A program made the translations under genes and the position numbers. A DNA stretch of 64,000 nucleotides from Pocillopora damicornis (Eukaryota), in the NCBI RefSeq assembly GCF_003704095.1, contig NW_020846109.1, positions 372,001 to 436,000 on the forward strand, written 5' to 3'. Positions 11,301 to 23,300 of this stretch are shown here, piece by piece; the first letter of the stretch is position 1; each line of letters begins with the position of its first letter. A model generated the notes under the pieces. That model worked only from the letters and a program-made list of their open reading frames with translations. It was not told the origin of the DNA and did not search any database.

Positions 11301-14300
11301 TGTGTAAAAAGCTACAAATGAATGCAGTTACCAGTGCTTACCTGAAATTGCAGACAAGAGCCCAGACCCAAGAAGAGCTGTCTTGCTTGGGATCCCTTGT
11401 AAGTGTAGAAAATAATACGTTAGTATGAAGGTGACCGAAAATCATTTCCCTTTTTCTGGTCAGCAGGTAACATCATTTCCTATCCTACCAATTATTTCAA
11501 ATGAAAAATGTGTGCTTGTAATAAGGTCACCACACTAAGCATTAATTCACAGGGACAGATAATGTTGTGCATATCCTTCTTAACTTGTGATTGTTTCAAG
11601 GAAAACCTAACTCCGAGGAACAAAGTACACAAAAATTATCCATGTTACCCAAAGCAAATTGCCTGCAACTTGTCCTCGCATGAGGTTCCATAATTCTTTG
11701 TATATTACTTGTGTTTGCTTCTAAATTTTGCTCTTACGAGATCCTTAAGGAAGTAGCTTCTTGCTGGAAAATTATTGACATGGGTCAGGTAGGTCTCTTT
11801 GTAAGACGTTACCTGTTGATCACTTGTCTAAGTTAAATCTTACAGTTCTTTGGCTACTCAGAGAAGTGGTAAGAGGATTCTAGCCAAAGGTTTAAGGTTC
11901 TACTGCTTTTACAAACCTGAGTTATTGTTCAGTGCTCCAGTGTAATCCCATGTTTCATCATCATTTTTAAAAACATTTAATTTTTTAGCTTTCTGTTGAG
12001 AAAAGGGAAAAAAATCCATGATATGTCATCTGGCACCAAAGAGTATTTGAGGATGTTGTATCCAGTTTGTCCTTGCTATCTTTGCATCACCTGAACTGGT
12101 TGAGAATCATCTTTCAGAAATGCAGTTAAAAAGTTAAATAGTTAAATTTGAATTCTATAACCAATCACAGATGTGCACTGAAATGGGAAGAAGCCCAGAA
12201 GGACCCATAATTCAAAGCTAATTACCTTTGAATAATCAATCTTCAGTGTGCAGCATCCCGCATAAATATCTTGTCCATTGAGTGTTGCAAGAGCTCGCTG
12301 AGCTGCCTCGACATTGTCAAATGTGAAAATGGTCAAGGATAGGATATTTGTTAAATATATAGATTCCACATAGCAGTGCCTCTGTTCAGCAATTGATCGA
12401 TGATTATGTCAAAATGGGGTAAAAACAAAAACACAACCCACGAAAATGTCACCAATGTTCTTACCTCAATTTTGACGCCTTCTGAGATCTTCCACTGAAG
12501 ACGCACCCCACCATGGAGTCTACCTATTTTATTTTATTTTTTTTATTTCTATTTTTTTATTTTATGACAAGGAGAATTTGTTTGACAATCAAGAGCTGCT
12601 TTCGTTGGTAATCATCTCCTCTATTCTTGTGACTTTCATGTTAGATTCAGGGGTGATATTGTAAAGTGAAATTGGATGTTAGTCTCTTAGGGGCTAAAGA
12701 GTTAACACATTAACTGAACAACACATGACCTTATCCATCACTTTTAACACAGTTATGTTTTGGGGCAGATAAAGTAGATTTTTTCATTTGAAATAATGGA
12801 ATTTATCAAAGGATATTCAACCAAAGCTTGCAATCCATTCTTGTGAAAGATCACAATTCTTAAAACTTTTCCATGAGGGCTGCATATTTTATGAAGTACT
12901 TTCTAGAGACAGAAACAAATTAAGGAGAGAAATGTTGTTAAAAATACATCAAACATCTGGCAAATATAAAGCAGTCACACCTGAAAGCTGAATTTTCATT
13001 TCCACTGCACAACTCTCATTTGAGAGAAACTGAACAGGTGGAATCTGGAGGAGAGGGGAACCTCTGTGTAATAAAGTGCCTCTAAACAGTAAAGGAAAGA
13101 AGATTACAAAACAAAGCACAGAATGCAGTGATCACCCTAACACAGGCTGTGCTGGTGAAATTGTTATTTCACCCTCTGAAAAACAAATTTCAAAATTCTA
13201 CTTGTTTTTGAGTAGAAATTTTTGAATCTGAAAAATAAAAATCTCCCTAGCTTCAGCAAATATGCAAATCTTTTTGTTTATGGTTTTCTTTTCAAACATG
13301 TTTGTCTGTCCACAGAAATTCTAATAAAACACCAAAATCTCATTAAGATTTTCTGGCCAAATCAGGTTGTCACCTTGGATGTTCTCTACATTGTGTTTGA
13401 TAAAAGTTCAGAAGCTAATCAGATATAAATTTAAAATCTCAGTGAGTTAGGTTTCCCAAGGTCATAATCTGTGGAATGTCTAACATTCCTAGAGTACTGC
13501 TTTTCTGTTATGCATAACAAAAAAATAATTTCACACCAAGATTTCTTTGATAAAGATACTTCTTATAATCTGTGATCAGTTTAATCAACTTATCGTCAAA
13601 AATGATCAGAACATCTTTTATCTGGAGGTTTGAGAAATAAAATTTCTAAAAAAATGAAGGGATTCATTTCAACTAAGCCTGCTCAGATAAGAAATAAATC
13701 TGTCTTAGAATTAACATGGAAAGTCCTTATCAAAAATTTTGTTGGAATATTTCCAAATTTAATTACAATCTACTGAAAATCATGAAAAGCAAATAATTTG
13801 TGTTGTTCTTTGAACCTACACACTTTCTTGTTGTTTTAGTAAACAGTTAGAGATATCCAAAAAATATGCTAATCAGTGTTGAAATGCACGCTGTGAAAAC
13901 TATTACAAGTACACAAAAGCTTTCTAGAGGAAGAAATTAAATTATACTATTTTGCTCAAGGTGTTTTCAACATAAAGCCCATAATAATTAGAGTTATTGT
14001 GATTAAAATACCTTGTAAACAGATTTAATTATTGAAATAACCACCACCTGTCAATCAGACAGTTTTCATTAAATTTACTCAATCAATAATTGATGAACAA
14101 TTGGAATAATTTTTGTTCATCATCAGTGAGGGAAGAAATTTAAAACCATGTACTACATCAACTGTGTGTTTCATAAATTTAAGTCTATTCCAGAAGCCAG
14201 TTAAAGAAAATCACACCACTATCTCTGCACCGGAAGACATAGGCACAAAGCCACTTTATCCACTCTAAATGTTTCATGCAAAAATGAGAAAAATTTAATG

Positions 14301-17300
14301 GTCATTTTGTGCTTAGTGTAGCCTCCATTTGTAGCAAAATTTAAACTTTCTGTTTCCATGAATTGTACAGCCAAAAGTATACCAACATCATTGGTGAAAT
14401 TTAAGTTTTGTTTCAAAGACATATAAAGTTAGAACCATGCTACGTGAGCTTGACAGACTACAGTCCATGCAATATTAAGCTTCTCTTGTCAAATACTTGA
14501 AATAAAAAGCCACTAGCCTTCAGAGAATGCAGAATGTCTGGGCAGAAAAGGTGTTTATGAGCTCTTACATGTAAATGCCTTAAAATATTTTTTGATTTTG
14601 AAGATCATATTACTCTAGGAATATAACCTTATCAGCCCAAAAGGTTAGTATGGTTAAGTTTGACCAGAATTTAGCCTATTAGAAAGACATATGCATGGAT
14701 TACCCAATACTAGTTTCTTTAACTACATTAATTTATAGACAAGTAACCTTGCCAATATATATGAAGTCTAGAAAATAATAATGAAGGAAAACTGATCTTC
14801 TAGCATGCCTGAAACAAAAAAAATTTCATTTTTGCATGTATGCTAACAACACATTCCACAAGACATTAAATTACTAAAAATTTCATGATTCTTAAAGAAA
14901 AATCTATGCACCAAAATTTTTAAACTTTGCAATCTTCAATTTTGATTTTCTCTTGGATCTTTATGACACTTACCACTGTGATTGGATGTAAAGGATTGAT
15001 TATTGTGAGAAGGAGAATATTACTAGCTTCTGAAGAGGCTCCATTACTTTCACCATTGAGAACTTTATCCCTGTAAAAGGAAAGAGATTCTTGATTAGTC
15101 ACAGGCATGATATGCACACAAAGTTTCTAAGGTTAAACACAGTTTGAGTAGGATTTAGCGCACATTTTAACAGTGTCAGAAAAACCAAACAATAGAGCTG
15201 TAGGTTCAGACCACACCCAGACCTCTCAATCTAAGGTTGGAAGCCCAGGGTCACTATTCAGCCACTGTTTATCCCTTTAACTCCCAAGATCTCATTAATA
15301 ATTCTCCTTACTGTCTACCATACAGTTCTTGTCATGTTAGTTTGGAGAATTTGTATTGGGTCAACTTGTAATTCCCTCATTAATATTTTTTTCTTTATTC
15401 TCATCAAGTGTCTACTTGATATTGCGTTGATATTTTAAGGCAAAATTCTGTCTTGCTCACTCATGGGAGTTAAAGGATTATGAGAAAAAAAGTCAAGTCT
15501 TTGCAAGTGGCCCATCCAGCCTGAGCTAGTCCCCATTTCTGTTGCATGAAGCAGTCAGAAGTGTTGCTAGTACCCCTAGATGAGGTACACGTCCGGCCCA
15601 GGTTACCACCCCCCTCCCCCTCTCCTTCTCCCCTTCCCCTGTATTTCCACAGGCTTCAATGATAGTTAACTAGTGCCCATTTGTACATGTGGATGGAGAG
15701 AGGTGCTGATAGAGTAATGTCTCTTGTCTAAGAACAAAACTCAATGACCAGACCAGATATCGCACATGGACCCTTTGACCCAGAGTCCACCATCCTAAGC
15801 ATTATGCTGCTACATCTGTTGCACACAGCCAATTTTACAATCCCTGAGAAAAAAACTTTAAAATATGGGACTGAAGAAAATAGAGACTACTGAGTCAACA
15901 GGAGAAAGGTGCAAAGTTTCCCTAATGTGTTTTGGTTTCATGTTTTGGATACAATGTAACAAACGATTCTTTGTTATCCATTTTACACATTATGGGTTGC
16001 AACATTTGATTAAAAAATATATTATTACAATTACTATTTACCTCTTTATTTCTTGACTTTTGGAGTAATTCACGAACATTTGTCTACCAAGTACAGTGAG
16101 TGTATTTGACTGTACAAGAAAGAGATGGTCATAGTTATAATTATTCTGATTCAAACAAAATGTTTTGGCTTCAATCAACCACACAGGGAAAAGCATATCC
16201 TTGCAAGCAACTCCTTTCTTTCGACACACTGTCACAGGGCAGAAACTTTTTCCCTGCAATCTGCACAATCTTTCAAAGAAGTTTCCAATAAATCTATCAG
16301 ACAAGGCATTTCTAGATATGGGCGTCTTTTTCTACGGACTGTCAAACTGAGTTTCTGTAAAAGCAAGGCATTTTCCATTTGTGTACATCAACCTCACTCA
16401 TTTTACCAGAGTTAAATCCTAGAGACACAAGTTACTAATGCTTTAATGTAAAGAGAATGCACATTGCTGAATTGCCTCCTTGAAAATGTACACAATCACA
16501 TACGTCTCACCTGTGAAAATGAAACCAGAGCTACAGCAGAATCAATATCCTGTGGAAATAATGAAATACAAATATTTGAGCTGTTACATGCAGCTTTCTC
16601 TAACATCTTTCGCCTAAAAATCACACACAAACTCCACAAATTTAGGCATTGAGGTGTGTATTTTGTGGTTCAAACCAAAAGTACATTATTCAATTCATAA
16701 TCACAGTTTTTAAATGAAAGAGAACAAAATCAAACTGGTTTGAAAACTTTCTGACCAAAATATATATATTATTTTTTACCAAAATTGATTGATATAAATT
16801 TTTTACTTATCAAGTAAGAAAAATGCTTATTTTTCCTCGTAAAATAAACCTAGAAATATACTTAGATCTGAAGTAATTGCCACTCCTCAATGCTTCTCTC
16901 GATGACAAATGATATGAAAGGCGAATGCTATAAAAGGCTTGGGAGTGACTGCTCACAAAGGAAATATCTTTTGACAGGTATCGAAGATTACCACACTAGT
17001 ATCCTTGGGTTGGTGCCAGACACGAACATTTTACATAGCAGAATGTCAAATTCAGCAGGTAAAGATACATACCTACCTGCATAATCTCAAAGTTGCTTAA
17101 TTACAAGGTGTGGTATATGTACATTTGTCATGAACAGGAAGCCAGTTTTAGTCATGCAATTTCTCCATCAACCGGGGATGTAATTAGATGCAAGAGCAAG
17201 TGGTTCAAAATGGAGTAAATACAAAAACTTATTTTGTTATTGTTTGACTTCTGTTCACTGCTGTAGTCGTGCCTTTTAACATGTTGTACTCCGATTTTCA

Positions 17301-20300
17301 CAAGAAGAAATTTATCAAACAAAACCTGCCTTAATATTCACAACTGAGTTCCTAAATTTTGAATAAATTTAGAAGAAAACAATAAAATTTGATCAAAAAC
17401 ACATCTTGGCCCTAGAAAATTTCAACCACCAATAACTTAAAGGAAAGAAAACTTTTCAACCCTCATCCATACTTTTCCACCACAAGGAACTCAAAATGTG
17501 GAAAAAATTCCAGACATACAGATCTACATGCTTAAGTAAGGTTTTTAAGATGTCTAGATATTTAAGGCTGGCAAACCTACATGGATTTGTCAAAATGTGG
17601 TAAAAATTTCCCAACATCAAATCTACATAATACATGCTGAAGTAATGTTTCTTAGACGTCTTCACATTTATGGCTGACAAACCAAAATGGATTTAGTGGA
17701 CTTACACAAAATTCCTTGCTGAGATTCAACCTCTTTATCAGTCCCACCTTTGGAAATTCTAAGCTCACAATCTTATTGCCAGTCTAGGCAGATTAAAAAC
17801 AGTCCGCAACCAATTCTAAACATAGCAGATTTCAGTTTCCTAACTTAAAAATACATTGGCAACAGTGCTGTTGCTTTTATGCCAAAATGGTAATTTGTTT
17901 CATTTGTACAAAGGAAAGCGAGTTTAAATTGGACATTGAAATAATTCACTGCTCATTTGAATTTACATGTACTTCTCACCATATCAACAGAATAGTTGTA
18001 AATATCAAACTTGTCGCACATTAATTTCCTTAACATAACATAACATTACATTACCTTAAAGGGGGCAGAGAGCCCTAATTTAAATGTATACTGCCTTTAA
18101 TAAGTATCTAAATTATGTATTACTTGGCTTTGCCAACTTACTTCAAATTCCACCAATGCTTGTCTAATTTTTGGCAATAAAGTCACATATCTGCATTGAA
18201 AAAGAAAAAACATATACATCAGGCATTGTCACATGATATGCATCACTAGATAATGCAATGCATTGAGTAGAGGTTAAAAGAGAAAACTATTTTAGCACTT
18301 CAAAGGAATTCTTAGATGTTACCGGTCTGTGACTAAGGGTTAGGGTTAAGGGTGCACATGCAAATTTCCCTTTAAAGAGTGATGTGAACATACTGACAAA
18401 CCAACAAGACTATTCTCGACTAATGATAACAGACCAAATTCTACAAAACTTATAAACAAGGACATTTAAAGTGGTAAGAAATGACAATTGTCAAATATCA
18501 TCCAAGGCGTCAAGGGGATAGGCTCATTTTCTCCTCCCTTTATTACTGTTAAATCTCTCACAACTTAAAAAGGCACATCACCATTCAAGCTCCCCACCCC
18601 TGGCCTCAGAACAACATTTCAAAAACCTTGACATCATGGACCACAGGTAGTTTTAGTTTACATGTAGAAAGTAAGAGGATGATGAGTACCACAATATTGC
18701 AGGCAACATTGAGATTGTCGAACAGAAATGAAATTGTGAATCAAAATGAAATTGTCTTCATCATGCCATTTTAGTTTCAGGTGAGGGCTTTGCTTAATGA
18801 CTATCCAATGCTTTTAGCCAAATGGTTCCTGACTTCAGTTTCAATCTAAACTCCTTTCTACAAGATTCTTACCCTAAAAAGTTGTTTGACAAAGAAAAAA
18901 GAAAATCCTCAGGGAATTCATGTGGAGATAAAATGTTCCCCAAAATAAGTAACCACCCAAACACATGGGGTGAATCTTGTCCTGAGTAAGCAGCATCTAC
19001 ATGTGTAATTTTAGGAATGATTCCTGGCTCAAGAGCCAAAAGTCTCCTCTTGTGAGAGGACAAAACTGTTGATCTAATGTTCAACTTTCCAAGAAACTAT
19101 GAGGCTAATTGCCAAGTTCACAACCAAACAAATTCTGCTTGTGACACAAAAATTAGGAGATAAAGGTTGTCTTAATTAAGAGACACACCTACAGAGATGA
19201 GAGAATCATCTATGTAAGACATGATAATAGTCCTCTTAGGTTTTATTCCTATCTCTTTGTGGACTATGCCCCAAAGTGTTCATAAAATTTTTCCAAACCT
19301 ATACAATGATGTTTGTTAATGAATTGCTCTAACACGCAGTAGTTATTCTGGGGTGGCACAAAACTGAATAAATACAGTACCATTGATAGGAAACAAACTC
19401 TTGAAGGTCCCATTCTCTTTGAAACTCAGAATAGTTAAAATATCTTTTACTGAGCTCATTTATATCCTGGATGTAACATTTGTAACTTGTAAGTGATCCT
19501 CTGCCTTTTGCAAACAATATGTTGACAGCCACTATTAGTAGATGAAGTCATCTACTCAAAGAGTGAAGTAACTTTTCCTGTTATTAAATCCATGCAGGGG
19601 TTTCAAACTGTTTTAGACCTCAGAATCTGAAAAAGTAGGTGACTGTGCATAGTTCACTAAGGGCTAAAAGGTAATTATTTTGAGCACAATAACTGACAAC
19701 ATGTTATCACGTAGCCAGCGGAACTCCAACAGTCACCACACTTGTTTTGAAAACCCCAGCCATGGCACAAGTTGTCTTCAGAGCAGAGTCCACTCCACTA
19801 ATTGTTCAGATACCATACCTTGACACCATGTGATGAACATTAAGTAGACAATTATGTATAGTGGAAGTTGCACAATTAATGCTGCAGGGCATTTTGTCTT
19901 TTTCACTCAGGAAAAAAGTTTTAAGGACATTTAGGGTATAAACTTTTACCTGATAGTAATGGTCAAATGTGAGCTCTTACAGGCAGTCACTAAAAGTATT
20001 ATTTGAATCAATCCTTGACCTCCACAATTTTTATGTGAAAAAATTCCAGTTATGCCAGTTATGAAGTTTGGGAGTACCAATTCAAAATTTTTCAAGTGGG
20101 CCTTGTAGAGCAGTTGACTACAAACAACCAGCTTTTATTGAAACTCTTGTGGTCAGACAGGGAAGAGGCAAATAATGTAAGTTGTAATTTTGGCAGGGAG
20201 GCAAGGTGTTTGTAATGGACATTGGAGATCTAATAATTCTCTACCTACTAATTCACAAAATTCAACTGCTAAATTTCAGTGTGCTGAGCCATTACTTTTT

Positions 20301-23300
20301 CAGACACAGAGATTAGTTTCCTTCAACTTTGTTACTAAAAGAGAGTCCTTCTTATGCTGAATATGCAAGTATGGGAGCATTCTTCTCCTCTGCCATTTCT
20401 TGAGAATGGTAACAAGTTATTGAAAGAATATATATTGTTACTCCAGAATCCTTGGACTTTATGCTTAATTGTATATAATGAGCAATCTTTACTGCAGGAG
20501 GCTCCTGTACAATGTGATTAACTACAGTTGCTAATTACTAAGCTTTTAACCCGGCGCCACAACGGAAATATTCTCATTAACAGAAAACAACCAATTTCAG
20601 ACAAAAATAATCCTGTACAAATACCTTTTAAATCAAGTTGGATCTTACATCAACCCCAAAAATATGAGCAGAAAATAGAACTTGACCTTTGCCTTGTCTA
20701 ATTTGTTTTGTCTCTTCCAAAATTCATAAGCAGTGGGTGCACATACCACATAAATTCACCGACTCTCAGCTAATACAACAACATGATAGCCACAATTTTA
20801 AAGTATGTCAGACTAATTAGCGAGTCCATTAGTACTTTATTCTCAGGAACATGTTCCCGGGTGAGAAAAAGGAACACATTTAAAACTGCCATGTGCAGAC
20901 AAAGAGAAGCTCCATGTATACATAAAAGAACAAAGCATCAGAAGTCATTTAGTAGATCTGTTTTTAATTGTGGAGGGTTCTAGCACTTTCAGCTAATCAA
21001 AGATAACTTGGAGATTATTTTAAACCCATCCTCAAAAGCTGACATTCTCCAAGGCATTGGCAATTCCATCATCCCCCCTAGCACCTTACGGTTTCCGGTT
21101 GAGATGAAAGAAAACAAAGCCGCCTGTTTGGACACAACATGAAAGGTCAATGGAAGAGAACAATGTAACATCTCCACATTGAACAAATTTCCTAATTGAG
21201 ATAAGTTTACTATTCAAAATACGAATTGAAAAATAAATACACAATTGAACTTCTCACATCACAACAGAGAACAGCAGTGTCTAAAGTACTCCTACTACAG
21301 ATTTACATTCAGTGTTAGGCATTAAGTTACACTATACTAGAAATTAAGGTGTACTTGAAAAGGCACGAAGAACAAGACACGTAAAGGCGAAATGCCACCC
21401 TTAAATTTGCCAAGATGAGGAAAATAAGTTTAAAGGCTGTCTAAATATATCTGATTGCTAACTCTTTAAGTCATTGTGTTTACAACTCTGATTGTGGCAA
21501 AAATTTTCATCTGTCTGAACATATGCAAAGGAGTGGCGTGACCTTTTACATGCAAATGAACATGTAAATGACGTATGTACATTATCTTGTAATCAACAAA
21601 ACATCTGCATGTCATATCCTGTTACTGAATTCACAAACTATAATAATCATATGCTGCATGAACAAAAGTTTTAATAATAACAAAAAGTTCAAATAGATTG
21701 AAGTATTACAGCCATTAAAACCTGACAAAATAATGATATAGCGACTAAATTTTCCTTGGGTCAGCATGGCCACTTACAATAATATTCTGTTGATATCAAA
21801 GGTCAGAAGAACAAATATCAAAGTACTAAGTCTGCTATACTATAGTGGTGATTGACATCCAAGCTATTGGAGCAAAAAAAAACTGCCCTAGTGTGGGAAA
21901 AAAGTAAACATACATATGTACTGAGATTCTGGAAGAATCTTGCATAAATGCCAAAGATTTGAAATTTCTACATTTTGAAAATGTTTGATCTTGCCAGTTG
22001 ATAAAAATCCACTGACAATATTCCAACTACAATCTTGTAGCTGCAAATACTGGCTTGACAGTGAGATAATGATCTGTTTTTAATCTCCAAGGAGTAGTGA
22101 AATAAGAAAGCCATTAGGATCTGTCAGTTGCCTCACGTAATTTTCTGACAATTCCAGGTATTTAGAAGATTAACATGAACTTTGGTTGCAGAAAAAACAG
22201 CTATCACTGAAATAGACAGCTGCATACAATCAATTATTTGAAGCGTGACTGAAATTATTTGAAGAGCAAGCATTGGGGACAGATATTTAAAGCCTTCCTT
22301 GGAGCAATGCCAGAATTCTTATTCTTAGCTATGTGTTGAAAATGTTCTCTCACTTTAGTTTCAAGATTGTTATTTTGGATCTATGACACACACATGAAGC
22401 TTTCAGAAAGACCAACACCACTTCAAAAGCTTTTTAGATTATCCTTTAGCTGTAAAAACTTTCCTCATAATACTCAGAATATAGGTCTATGCCATGGAAT
22501 GAACAGACAGAGAGGAAGCAACTTTAGGAGATCAAAACACAACAGAAGAGTTTTACATTTTACAAGCAATTAACAAAAGGAAAAACTCACATTCACCCAA
22601 AGGCTTGCAGCTGACAAAACATTTTAAAAGCAAGGCATAATACATTTTTTAAGACAATTTGGTGCCATTTCAAAAATATATCTGGCACAAAAAAGGAGTT
22701 ACATGAACTATATCTTGAGACAGAAGTCTGAAGGGTAGTAGTAAATTATGCCTATAACTTTAACTAAATGAGAAGTGATTTATGTTCTCGTTTCAGCAAA
22801 GCTCAGAAAATTGGCATTTTGGTTCAAATAAGGTCCATGTGGTATTAAAATTCATGTTTTGCTACCTGAACAAGCCCTTGTTATTTTAAAGCCTTTGACA
22901 AGGAATTTCCGGATTTTTCAAAATTTCATTTAGTTGCACACTGGAATCAAGCACGAAACAGTCCTTTTTCATAGAATACCTATTCATAATAAACACTATC
23001 AAAGAATCAACCTGAAAACTCTTTAAGGCTGCAAGATTATTCTATCCGAAAAATTTAGACTGAGAATGAGTAATCTATGACCCTTTAACTCCCAAGATCT
23101 TATCCAGAAACAGCAATTCTCCTGTCTAGCTCCAACAAATTTCCTTGTGAGTATGTCTTGAGAATTTGGTACTACATCACAAGAAAACATGATAGTTGGT
23201 AAGTTTGTACATACTCAACCCTTTTTGTTGGATAATATATAGAGTTAAAGGTAAGATTGCTTATCAGAATTAAAGAGTCAAATGCATTTCTGCAGAAGGC

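Noticed and set aside
14055-14123. Possible intronic C/D snoRNA (ATGATGA...CTGA on the minus strand) with an apparent 11-nt match to 18S GTTTTCATTAA
   Set aside because: Complementarity starts only 4 nt from box D, there is no good terminal stem, box C is tied up in a local hairpin, and the region is AT-rich; likely chance.
18025-18034. Perfect U12 branch sequence TTTCCTTAAC
   Set aside because: It is on the plus strand, antisense to the host gene, with no plus-strand gene here.
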